A program made the position numbers and the translations under genes. A DNA stretch of 62,684 nt, filler included, from Rhabdomonas costata (lineage: Eukaryota): NCBI GenBank assembly GCA_019059605.1. It is 43 parts of 43 records of this genome, joined end to end, with 100 filler letters (N's around TTAATTAATTAA, not from the genome) between each part and the next. Parts side by side here need not be neighbours in the genome. Positions count along the whole stretch, not along the records: positions 37,970 to 39,329 come from JAHMHO010018257.1; positions 39,430 to 40,789 come from JAHMHO010018258.1; positions 40,890 to 42,249 come from JAHMHO010018259.1; positions 42,350 to 43,709 come from JAHMHO010018260.1; positions 43,810 to 45,169 come from JAHMHO010018261.1; positions 45,270 to 46,627 come from JAHMHO010018262.1; positions 46,728 to 48,086 come from JAHMHO010018263.1; positions 48,187 to 49,548 come from JAHMHO010018264.1; 35 more parts are not named here. One strand, 5' to 3'. The notes under the pieces are model-generated. The model saw only the letters and a list, made by a program, of their open reading frames with translations, did not search any database and was not told the DNA's origin. Positions within the stretch are counted from its first letter, which is position 1, and each line of letters begins with the position of its first letter. Of the stretch, positions 38,244 through 49,665 are shown piece after piece.

Positions 38244-39265
38244 CTCCCCGCGAGGGGTACCCCGAAGTTCTGCGTAGGGACCTCCCCGCTGCGCAGGGTC
38301 TGGCTCAGCCGAGCGTCCAGTGCCAGCACGTCGCCCTCCAGCAAGCTCTGCGCCGAACCCGCCAGTACGCCCATCTGCCGCACCAACTCCTTCATGTTCG
38401 CCGCCCCGGCCTGACCCACATCGCACCACACACTTGGCAGCAGCGAATTCTTTCTGGGTAAGACTTGAGTTCCTCTTCCTGGGTAACCCACACTCGTCGG
38501 ATGGGCGCCATGGGCACACCCCCGTACCCCTCCGCTCAGTTCTTCGCTCTCGAGTCCCGGCTTTCTCGGGGTTGGGCACCCGGTTCCTTTCCACAGGAGA
38601 CCTTCCTCAGTCGGACATTACCCCTTGCGTCGTACTGCTCCTATGAGCCGGTGTCCTCGCTCGTGTTATCATGAGGAACCATGGCAATTTCACTAAGCAA
38701 TCAGAAACTGCTTTAGTCATTCCACCGCTTCTTGGCGAGGAAGATATGAAGAACACCCATCCCCCATTTCGCACTGAGAAGACTAAAAAAGAAACCCCCC
38801 ATATCGCACAGAAAAACACAGGCAGATAGCCATCAGACTCGCTTATACACGTCGGCCACTCCAAGGAAAGGGTGTACGTATACGGAAAGGGTTGCTTTGA
38901 AGCACGGATATTCCGAGCTCAATTGCATCTCACCGTGGTGCCCCAATCCAATGTTGGAGCGAGACATCAGGTGAGGAAGAGAAGGACATGGCAACGCTAA
39001 GGAAGCAAAGCACGATAAGCGAGCGGCGACGAATCCAAAGGAAGTGAGTGCGCTTCCAGTACTGCGCACCGTGGTGAAGGCTGTGCGGGTTCATGAGTGT
39101 GTGCTTTATGACACTGAACAAAACTCACACCCCAGATGCGGCCTGGTAGGTCATCGAGCTGACCCACTCCACAAGGCCCTTCTCGAAGAGCCCTCCAATG
39201 GCCATCAGCATCAGGCTGACCGTGCAATTGCCACCAATAAGATTTCGGACTCCACTCTGGATGGC
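38244..39265 (-). CDS. asd: Aspartate-semialdehyde dehydrogenase, gamma-proteobacterial (E. coli-like) type, 2 exons
   Basis: Exons 39265-39131 and 38410-38244 splice to ...[51 protein letters not shown]...[18 protein letters not shown]; catalytic Cys present. Confidence 0.95.
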
Positions 39266-39429
39266 CTTTGTTTAAGCGGCGGTTTCGACGGTGATGGAAA
39301 AATAAAAACATTGTTCGCTCCAAAAACAANNNNNNNNNNNNNNNNNNNNNNNNNNNNNNNNNNNNNNNNNNNNTTAATTAATTAANNNNNNNNNNNNNNN
39401 NNNNNNNNNNNNNNNNNNNNNNNNNNNNN

Positions 39430-40777
39430 AGAATTCCGCGAAGACCGCCGTGAGGTGGAGCCGATGGAGGTGGGTAACATCAGGCTCGCCCGATGCTGCT
39501 GCTGCTGAAGCTGCTTCTTGCGCTGTTCAACCGATGCTAGGTACTGCTGGCGCCGCTCCCGAAAAGTGCCCTCGAGGTCAATGTCACGAACCAGGAAGGA
39601 GACCACATTCAAGGAGCGAAACTTGTCAGCGACAGCCTTGGTCTTGCCCAGGGAGAAAGCGAGCAGAACCCTGAGGTGAAGCTCGGCCATTCTGGACTTG
39701 GCACTGTGCTGCCCTCGGCTGTTGTCGGTGGCGTAGAGCATGACAAAAGTCAAGTAATGAAATCGCAGATACGCGCTAACAAACCAGTCCAACTCCAGAA
39801 AAGGGCAGTGTGGAAAGCTCACCAGAGCCAGCATCAGCCGCACCAACTCAAGCTTTGCATCATAGAAGACATCAAGGGAGCCGTGTGAGAGGAAGGAAAG
39901 CAGCATTCCCTCGATTGGGTGAACCACAGGGTTCAATAGCGACAACAGATCCCGTTGTCGTTGCTGAAACCTCGTGGCCCGTCTGGCGTCCTCCATATCC
40001 ACGGCGTTGGCCCGCGAGCTCTGGGCCAAATGCGTGGTGCTGGACAGAATAAATGTGTGTCCGCCTGAAGAAAGCAGTGTCCGAGGGCTGCTCGAGGACC
40101 GGCTGCTGTTGCCCAAGCTGCTCTGCACTGGCAGGAGCATTCCACAGCGAGCAGAGGGAGCGCCAGAGGAAGGTCCCGCAGTAAAGGAGCCAAGAACAGG
40201 CTTTTCCATGGCGTGCCCCGGGGCGGGGGCAGTCACCCCAACTAGAAGGAACTCGTCCAAGTCCGTAATGAGCTGCAGCAGCGCCCTGTGGTGCAGAATC
40301 ACTCGAACCTGAAGCCTTTCCATTGAGAAAAGATGCGGCAACAGAAGGGATGGAGGCGTCCCCAGCCTCTCATGCCACCCGAAGGGAGACTCACTCCCGC
40401 CATCTTCGCCTGCTTCTTCCTCGGAAGGACGACCAGTGATGTCCGCAGGGTCTGGAAGTCCCACAGCCAGAGATTCCGCCCCCGCAGCTGCTACGCGGAC
40501 AATTCCACTCGCAACCACGACGCTGAGGGCACGGGCGACCCCCCGAGCACCGCTCATGCGGTCGCTGTCCGCAAGAAGTTCGGCAGGGGAGTCTGCAGCG
40601 ATGAACGCCGACCAGACCACACTGCAGGGTTTCAGGAGATTTCGTGTGAAGGCGGTGAGCCATTGGTACTGGCGGCCTCGACGATCCAGAAGCAGCCGCG
40701 TGAGCACTTCTTTCACTTCCTGTGGCTTGTCCGTAGCCATGAGAATGCTGTCAAGGATGTCCAGAACATAATAGATC
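39430..40777 (-). CDS. Large exon of a hypothetical helical protein
   Basis: About 449 uninterrupted codons after a cgcag acceptor; helical blocks such as YLRFHYLTFVMLY and FLVRDIDLE; family not recognised. Confidence 0.8.
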
Positions 40778-40984
40778 CTGCGGTGAACANNNNNNNNNNN
40801 NNNNNNNNNNNNNNNNNNNNNNNNNNNNNNNNNTTAATTAATTAANNNNNNNNNNNNNNNNNNNNNNNNNNNNNNNNNNNNNNNNNNNNCTGTTGTTGTT
40901 GGTGGTGTTATGCGTAGTGTGGATGTCCTGTTGTTGGTTGCGTGCTGTGCTTCGGATGTAGTTCTTGTGTTGGACTGTCAGGGT

Positions 40985-41155
40985 GTCGTGATGTCAGGGC
41001 TAATGTTGGGTTCAGGGTCAGTCGTAAAGTGTGTCGTAGGGTCTGTGTGCTGTGGATGTCAAGGGCTAATGCTGTGCTGGTGTCAGGGTTCAGGGCTAAT
41101 GTCGTGCTGGTGTCAGGATCTTGGGCTAATCTCGTGCTGGGCTAATCTCATGCTG
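40985..41155. repeat. Degenerate ~30-bp tandem repeat (gggctaatgNNgtgctggtgtcagg...)
   Basis: Two near-full units and several partial units, within a G/T-skewed region. Confidence 0.7.
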
Positions 41156-42465
41156 TTGTTCTTCTGCTTAGTGTTACGCTTAGGGTATGTGTTCCTGTTG
41201 TTGTTGTTAGTGCTTCGCGTTCCTGTACCTGTTGTTGCTGGTGCTTAGCGTTACCGCTGTTTTTGTACCTGTTGTTGTCACGCGTTGAATTAAGGGCTGT
41301 TGTTGTTGTTGATGCGAAGGGTAGGCGTAAGGAAACGGAGGGTGCGAAGTGGGAGAATGGTGGTTGGAATGGTGCGAAGTGTTAGGGTAAGGGTAACGTT
41401 GCGGCCGATGTTGGAATGGATGGTGTGAGTGATGCTTAGGGTAAGTCTGAGGGTTGGGATGTTGAGTCTATGCGTGAGGGATGTTGCTGATGTCAAGCGG
41501 AGCGTAACGGATGCTGAGCTGGTGGTTGTCGTCGGGTGCATCTGGGAATAGAGCGTAGGCTGTAACGGCTGACGTCCCGTCCTATCAGCTAGCAAGATTG
41601 AAGGGATGCGTAGTGAGACCGAATGCTGAAATCCACCTCGTAGTTGGGGATTCGAAGTAAGCGTGATGGAAATGTAGGATTTTAGAAGTTGGGGTGTCAG
41701 CCTTCATGTTCTACCGCCGTTGCCTTCACTACTTCGCATGGTCCGATGCTCGACCCATGCTACGTGTTGATGGTGGTATCAGCGATGACCCTTCATCTGA
41801 TGGAAAGGAAGTTCAAGACACAAACAACAGGTAAACAGGGGTGGAAGTTGTACCCTTGGAAGAGGGCAACAAAAAGCCGGGTGGACCGGTGGGCGGCGGT
41901 TCGCTTTTGTTGGCGCCGGTTACAAACCGATTCTGCCCTTAAAAACTTGGGGGCCCTCTAGCACAAAAGGAAGCGCCAAATGATAAATGAACGGAAGAAG
42001 TGATGGGAACTAATCGGGGGCGGAGGATCCGAAGGAAGCGGCGGGATTCAAAGGGAAGGGCATAAAAAGGGAGAAGTGGCGCGGGCAAAAACAGGGGGGA
42101 AGCGAGAAAAGAGCCGACCACGGCAACGCACGGGGAGATCACCACCCGCACTCAGAAGCCGGAAAGACGAAAGCACAGAAAAACAGGCACGCCAAGAGAG
42201 GGCACCAGCTTTTACAAGGGAGGCGCCGGTAGGGAGGCAAAAACAAACCNNNNNNNNNNNNNNNNNNNNNNNNNNNNNNNNNNNNNNNNNNNNTTAATTA
42301 ATTAANNNNNNNNNNNNNNNNNNNNNNNNNNNNNNNNNNNNNNNNNNNNGGTTGTTGGGCTCAAGATGACGTCTGCGAGTGCTCAGAACACCACAGCAAT
42401 GGATGCCCGAGTGTCCAGAAGCGGGTAGCCAAATTCTTCTTACGTTGTCTCTTTCTCTCTGTCAG

Positions 42466-43477
42466 GCCCTTGTCCTGGATCCGCACTACGAGAAGGCTTT
42501 TCTGAGGCGAGCCCGCTGCCACATGGTATCTTGGCCTCCTGCGCACTCACCACATCCCTCCCGTAACTTCTTTGGAAGGAGGTGCATTTCTTACTTGAGG
42601 TTACCATTTACCCATGCGCTCCGTGGCTGCTCCAGCCTTTCTGGATAAAGTCCCAGGGGAGCTGCGCGTCACCATGCGCGTCACCCGTCTGACCTCCGAT
42701 GTCTTCTTCAATACCTTCCTAAGGTCTTCGATGCTTGTCTTCGGTGCTGTATTTTGAGGATGGGATCCTCGGTGCTGACTTTCATGTTTTCTGGTGAGGG
42801 AAGTGCTTTTATCATCAACCATTTTCAGCCCAAGCACAGTTCTGCATAGCGGTGAAGCGCATCTGCCAATACTCGCGTCATGGCGAGGCTCTCACATTCC
42901 GGGTACAGACAGATGAGCTTGTGCGGTTCAAAACACTCGTTTTCCTCTCAGGTTATGGAGAACTTCGAGAACGCTATCCGTGACTTCGACTGGTTTGTCG
43001 CCTTGTCGTCCTCGTGCCTGTGTGTATGTGTGTACGTTTGTTAGGGTGGTATGTTTGCTCGCCAGACAGGGCGAGTACACAAAAAGGTGGAGGTGGCTGG
43101 TGGGCCAGTTCATGCATACGGTGGCCAGGGTGTGAATTTCCGGGAACATCTCATTTGGACTCCTGAAACAGGCCAAAAAGAAGTTATAAAAAACGAGAAT
43201 GAATAATCAAATTCAGGGTCTCGAAAACATAAAAAAACGTAAAAAGAATCATCAAAGAATGGGAAACTTTTCGGACGTAAAAAAAAGTAGTGGAAATGTT
43301 TGTGCGATCTTCCAAAGTGCGCGGCGGCTGAACCCGGCGAGCCGAGAGACTGAGCGTGAGCTGCGCGACGCACTGGTGCGGCTGAAGCTCAGCCGGCAGC
43401 CCCGCAGCATGTACGCCATCCTTGGTGTCCCCCGGGATGCCGACGAGAAGCAGCTCAAGAAGGCCTACCGCGAGCAG
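42466..43477 (+). CDS. TPR plus J-domain co-chaperone (DNAJC7-like), 3 exons
   Basis: Exons 42466-42525, 42952-42992 and 43318-43477: ALVLDPHYEKAFLRRARCHM-VMENFENAIRDFDC-ARRL...MYAILGVPRDADEKQLKKAYREQ. Confidence 0.9.
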
Positions 43478-43546
43478 GTCGTCCCAGCTCCCAGCCATTC
43501 CAACAACTCTCTTGTTGAGCGAGGGATGACTGAACCGTGAAAGAAA

Positions 43547-43707
43547 TGGGGTGAAGCGGTATAGAGGTGTCTTTTCACGTTGTTCGGAGCCACGCGGTAT
43601 TTCCGGCCTCTTTAAAGAATGAAGACTATGAAAATCATTATAAGATTCCGGAAATACCGCGTGGCTCCGAACAACGTGAAAAGACACCTCTATACCGCTC
43701 CACCCCA
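43547..43707. repeat. 60-bp inverted repeat with a 41-nt loop
   Basis: 43547-43606 is the reverse complement of 43648-43707 with one mismatch. Confidence 0.95.
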
Positions 43708-44713
43708 CCNNNNNNNNNNNNNNNNNNNNNNNNNNNNNNNNNNNNNNNNNNNNTTAATTAATTAANNNNNNNNNNNNNNNNNNNNNNNNNNNNNNNNNNN
43801 NNNNNNNNNTTGTGGTGGGGTGGAGGACTGGAACGGGGGAGAAGCGGTGGCCGTGGCCATCGGTAAGCAGTGGGTGCGCAAAACCACCCAACAGAAGAGG
43901 GAAACAAAGGCGAACACAGAAAAAAAAGCACACGATGGGGTGGAAACTCAAGCGAGAGCGTATGCCCTGTGGGGAAGAATTATCCGAAGTCTAGAATGAA
44001 TCCACCCACTACGGGGTCACAGTCGAAACACCCCTCCCCTCCCTCGCCTCCCCTTCGTCCAACAGCTGTGGCAATTGCTGAACAGCACAGATCGCTTTGC
44101 CCAAACCCTTCGCCCCAATATGTTTGAGTGTGTAAGGGTGTTTTTCATGGCAAACGTTGCTGAGAGTTCAACAAAAGCTGCGAAGAAAAATGTTGTGGCG
44201 GAATACACGGGGATGTCGCAGCACGATAGTCCCCAATACCTCCGCATCTGCTTTGGAAGCGTTCAAAAAGTCTCACGCAGAGCGTGCAGAACGCCATAAT
44301 TCCGGGTTCAAGGACACAGATTTCTACAGAAATGAGGACAACAGCAACCACTGAAGACACGAGAGAATCAAGACACCAAGCTGAGCACAGACACCTTGGG
44401 GGTTGGGGCAGTGTAACCGAAGACAATGCCTGCGGAGGGCTGGGAATGCAATGGCTTGTCTCTATCTCTTCTTATGTGGGGAACCGTCCTCGGCGATGGA
44501 AGCCACGCTTCCAGTCCAGCAACACACACGCAACCCACCGTCAAACGGCGTGCAAGCCCCCCAACATCAGCCTCAGCACCTCAAACCAAAGGCCCTGGTG
44601 AGCTGAGGTAAGCTGAGAAACTCGGATGAGGCCGCAAGCAGGCAGGCAGCCTAGCTGGAACAATATGAGACTCCACCCAGAAAGCCCTCAGTGGAGGAGG
44701 GACGCACGTCAAC

Positions 44714-44887
44714 CCTCCTTCTCCCAGACGGACTTCCGTCGCAGGATGTAGGCCCGGGTACTTTCTCCGATGAAGAGCATCTCCCCCTCCAGCAGAGGCA
44801 CTGCCGTCCGTGGGGGAAGCTTGCGCCCGTCCACTCGGATCCCGGCCTTGGAGCCCAGGTCGTACACAAACACCGCCTGGCGCTCCC
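44714..44887 (-). CDS. FHA domain C-terminal half (NIPP1/kanadaptin-type) exon
   Basis: AG/GT exon: VFVYDLGSKAGIRVDGRKLPP...LLEGEMLFIGESTRAYILR. Confidence 0.8.
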
Positions 44888-45588
44888 CTGAAGAAGAGGG
44901 CGATCATTGGTTCGGTCCTCCCTGTGCCCACTACTGAGCTTTTCTTTTCTTCATTTCGAGCTCCATTCTCTCACTCTCCTCCCCTGCATTCATGTTCCCT
45001 GTGAAAGCTCTGCTTTCAACAATTGGGACACCATTGTGGAAATCTCGGCATCTTCATTTCGGAGCTTATTCTGCTGGGCGAAGGTTCAGGGGTCAAAGGC
45101 TGCGAAACCAACAACCGCGAAGAGATGTGCCCATGAGTGAACGCTATTCAGCCGTGAGTACCGATCGCTNNNNNNNNNNNNNNNNNNNNNNNNNNNNNNN
45201 NNNNNNNNNNNNNTTAATTAATTAANNNNNNNNNNNNNNNNNNNNNNNNNNNNNNNNNNNNNNNNNNNNGTTGGGTGTGCCGCCGTGGCACACTTCTTCT
45301 TCTGGCTGGCCGTTTACCGTATTCGCCGATGAATGATTTCCGAGGTGTGGTTGCTGCCGTCGCGATGGAGCGGTGGAGTGCTCCTGCTTTATCTTACTCG
45401 TTTTCTTTATCTCGCGCTACGTGAATATGGGACAATGCATGCTTATGACAGCTGAGACATTTTGCATCCGATCACGTCAACAGCAAAGGGGAACATGAAT
45501 TGAACGTACATGATTTGTTAAACTTTTGTTTTTTCACTTACTTATTTTTCAACCACGAGGCAGTCACGAGAAGCGGTTCCTTTCCAAC

Positions 45589-45623
45589 TAAAAAAGTAAA
45601 AAAGTAAAAAAGTAAAAAAGTAA
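45589..45623. repeat. A-rich heptamer-type tandem repeat (A5-6GT)n
   Basis: About four copies of aaaaagt seen directly. Confidence 0.85.
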
Positions 45624-46907
45624 CTGCACCTGGAGCATCCTCAGAATCCTGGCAAGCAACCCATCAACATTTTTGAAGTCCAACAGTTTTCGCGCCGCGT
45701 TTTTTCTGCGTCTGCTTTCTGTTCTTATTCTAGTTACTGAAAGGAAAGTTTCTGAACCCCAAGATAATAACAGAGGCGGAGGGAGAGTTCACCTTCCGTT
45801 TCCGGGGGGGGGGGTGAGCGTGCGTTTTCTATCTCTATCCTTCTGCCTGAGTGGCCCAATGAGAAACCTAATGAAACGCCCTGCGGCGCACACGGTGTAT
45901 CACACTTGCAACGAGTCCCAAGGGGTCCCGCAAAGTTCTGGCGGAAGGACTGACATTGATCTAGTCTTCCTAGAAAAAAAATATGGGGCAACACTTCCCG
46001 AAAAATGCTGTGCGAGCAGGAAAAAAAAGCGACAACGGAAGAAGAAAGAACCTCACCACGTTGCGTCAAAGATGCGGTAGGGTGAGGGGCGAAAGGGGAA
46101 AGCGCCAACAACGAGAAGTTGCACAAAAAAGGTATGAAAACAAAAGGCTGCATTGTACAAGAAAGGGAAAGGGAGGGAAGAGGGGTGCTTTCTGCTTCTA
46201 GTGGGCCTTCGCATCCGCTCACTTAATCACACAAGCACGCCCCAACAGGAAAGCAACACAAACGTAAACCTACACAACACAGTGGATTGCCGATCACAGG
46301 ACCAGGGGTGCGCTTACCCACGTCGTTACTCTGCTTTCCTGGTATCAGAGGAGAGCGCAGGAAAACCGCGAGGAGAACGCCGGAGCGGGGGCAGGGAAGC
46401 CCTTCGGGGGAAGCAAAGCTTGGACCCGAAGTCTAGGGCTTCGTCTTCGGTCCATCCCGCTGCTTCCCAAGAGGTGCTACCCCGCGAAATACCTTTGAAG
46501 AATAGTCGGAGGCGAAGGGGCGTTCACTGGACCCAGATCCAGTTTCAGTTCGTTTTTGCACCGATGACTGTGGAGGGAGAGAGGAAGAGAAACCGTTTGA
46601 GCCAGCGCACCACAACCAACAAACACANNNNNNNNNNNNNNNNNNNNNNNNNNNNNNNNNNNNNNNNNNNNTTAATTAATTAANNNNNNNNNNNNNNNNN
46701 NNNNNNNNNNNNNNNNNNNNNNNNNNNTATGAACTGTTTTTTCTGCCTTTGACTCTCTATTGTAGAGCTTGCGACGAGATTGGCCTCGGTGTAGGTGGTA
46801 GTTTCAGGAGTGCAGCACAAAGATGAATGAACTGGCTAGATTTTGTAAACAGGGAAGGAGGATGAGGAGAGTTCTGATGGGAGACGGGGGCAGGGGGAGG
46901 CACGCAC

Positions 46908-47716
46908 GTGGGTGTGCAGGGCGTTGACAGGGAGCCCCTGCTTCAGAGAGGTGATGACCGAGGCGAAGTCCCCTGCCGCGGCGCTGTCGTGCATGCCCTC
47001 AACCTCAGAGTGAAGGCAGCCGTGCGGCGCGGCAGGGCCCTGACCAGACCCTTCCGCAGCTCCCCCATGGTCTCCACACAAAGCCCCGGGCTGGGACCCT
47101 CCCGTTCCGGCCCCCCCGCTGTTGTGGGGCGAGACCATCGGGGAGGCCTGGCGTTTTTTTAGCCGATGAGAAAGACAAAATCGTCGGACCTTTATCGATA
47201 TTCTTCTTCAGGAAAATATGGGGTGAGAGAAGATCTTCAAAAGCCGGGATCTGCTCCGTCGTTGTGCTGATACTCTGTCGACCACCGAAATCTGGGAGAT
47301 GAGGATCTCTGTCTCGCAGGGGTCAAGTCGTGGAGAAAGTCACATGCCCTTGTCAGGTGGTCAAGCAGAAATTCTCATTGGGGGATGTGAAATCAGCTAT
47401 CCCTCACTTGAACACAAATACAAGGCTCGAGTGCACAAAAGAGATTCACGTTCAGGGATGGAGGGGTGGCAACAAGTACCCACCGCCGTGTCGCTGGCCT
47501 TTTCTTTTAATAAATTACCCACATTTTTCAACATTTTCTACGATTGTTAAAAGAGGCCGACCTTAGCACATGGGTGTAGGGTGGATGGGAGTTGTGAGGA
47601 GAGGCCTGGGTGGAGGCGATGCCGGGCGAGGACTGACCCAGGGAGACGGCGGACTCGAAGGGCTCCAGGAAGCTCTGGTCCATGCTGAACACGCTGAACT
47701 CCAGCTCGTCCGCCAT
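46908..47716 (-). CDS. N-terminal exons of an ankyrin-repeat protein
   Basis: Exons 47716-47562 and 47118-46908 (phase 2, GT-AG); ends MHDSAAAGDFASVITSLKQGLPVNA, an ankyrin-like repeat. Confidence 0.6.
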
Positions 47717-48186
47717 TGTGGGCTGCTGTGTTGGGAGTATCAAGTGGGTGGGCACACGACAGCTCTGAGTGGTTCAGAAATCGGCGGAGTGGAGAAAGGT
47801 GACTGCAGCGTTGGGTGGGGCACGTGGGGAAAGGGGGATTGCCCCTTGAATGGGCACACTCGGCGACTACCGCACAACAGCACAAAACGAGGAGAAGAAA
47901 ACCAAAGCACTCACTGCTCCACCCACACACAGAGCTGGAGAGTGCAAAACCGCAACGACATTGCATGCACCCAAGCCTCAGCTCCATCGCTTCTGTCCAC
48001 TTTCCCCCGCCACTCCAACCTCACCACCTGACACGAAAATCGCCATGGAGAGGTTTATTACAAAGTAAGAAATCACAAAAACAAAANNNNNNNNNNNNNN
48101 NNNNNNNNNNNNNNNNNNNNNNNNNNNNNNTTAATTAATTAANNNNNNNNNNNNNNNNNNNNNNNNNNNNNNNNNNNNNNNNNNNN

Positions 48187-48220
<34 letters not shown>

Positions 48221-48246
48221 CTAGTGGGCGCCTCTCACTTGCACAG

Positions 48247-48388
48247 GACCCAGCGATGATGTCTGCGCTGCTGCCCCCGAAGGCGGAGATTACCTTCCAC
48301 AAGGTCGACTCCAGGCTGAGCTTCTACGTCGTGGCGGAGGTTCCCCTGTTCTTTGACATCACCGGGAAGTACGACCTCTACCCCACAG
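48247..48388 (+). CDS. Hypothetical protein exon, preceded by (TG)n at 48187-48212
   Basis: acag acceptor, DPAMMSALLPPKAEITFHKVDSRLSFYVVAEVPLFFDITGKYDLYPT with GC3-rich codons, G|GTGTGA donor. Confidence 0.6.
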
Positions 48389-49665
48389 GTGTGAGTGCGT
48401 GCGCGAGTGAGTGAGTGAGTGTGTGTATGTGTATGTGTTGTACAAAGGTTGGGCGCCTTTTGAAGGGCTGGAGTGAGACCTGATGGGCCGAGATCGTGAC
48501 TGCGGCTACAGTCTCTGTCAATGTATTGTCACGTTCCCATGGGCAGCACTGCAGTCCAAATACCAGTGTCACTGCGGCAGGAGAGAGGATTTCGGGGTGG
48601 ATGGGTGGGTGTTGCTGCCGCTCAGTGTATGCCCTGTGGAAGGTACCCGCGATGGCCGAGAGCTTTCTGATCCACCCGCCTGTCTCAGATTACCTCCTGA
48701 ATGGCGCAGGTCTTCCTATTTCTTTTTTCCTCGGTTTTACCCCTACACACGCACACAGCTGGCACAGAGCGGTAGGAGGCGTGATGTGTCTTGTGGCCAG
48801 ACATTTGGCCATCAAGAACCAGGGCAGTCGTTGGTGGCGATGGTGGAACTAGAGGTCTGGGTTGCCTGGGGTCACTCACGCACAACACCATGTACAAATT
48901 GTTATCTGCAAGAAATTATGTCTTGTGGACTCTGCTTCTGGAATGCTAAACCGTGTTAACACGTTGAATAGCAGTCCATTTGGAAGCTGGATGGCCTTTG
49001 AAGCAATGACCGTCGCTCTCCGACCCTCTGCAAGGTCTTCAGTTGGCTGCTGGCGGTGCGGGTGGATTTTAGCGGACCCCATTCTCCCTCCCTCCTCCCG
49101 GTTTGCTCGGTTCACATTTTCTCACAGATTTGATGCTTCCGGGGTGCGCGTGGAAGCCCGGCAAGGTGCCACCCTTTTTGGCCAAGGAAAAGCGCTCCGT
49201 CCTCGTGGCCGGCAACGGGTATTCCGTTTTCTTAGTCTGAACGTCCACTTCCAAGCAAAATTATATTGTGATGGTTGATTGCTTTCATTAGCATGCGAAA
49301 TAATCTCAGTCCTCAGGGAAGGAAAGTATGACAACATAATTTTGTCCTTGGTGCCCATTTCGAAACTTCTGTTTCGATGTGAGAGGGACGAAGGGGAAAC
49401 GTTAACGAATGTCTAAACTGTCTACTCTCTCTAATTGACGCTTCATCCGACTTCCTCGTGCGGAAGGGCAATCGGCCAGCACAATAATAAAAATGCGGGT
49501 GGGTGGGTAAGCTGCCTGAATTCAACGGGGCACCTTTTCAACGTGGGGNNNNNNNNNNNNNNNNNNNNNNNNNNNNNNNNNNNNNNNNNNNNTTAATTAA
49601 TTAANNNNNNNNNNNNNNNNNNNNNNNNNNNNNNNNNNNNNNNNNNNNGGTTTTGGTGATGGCAC

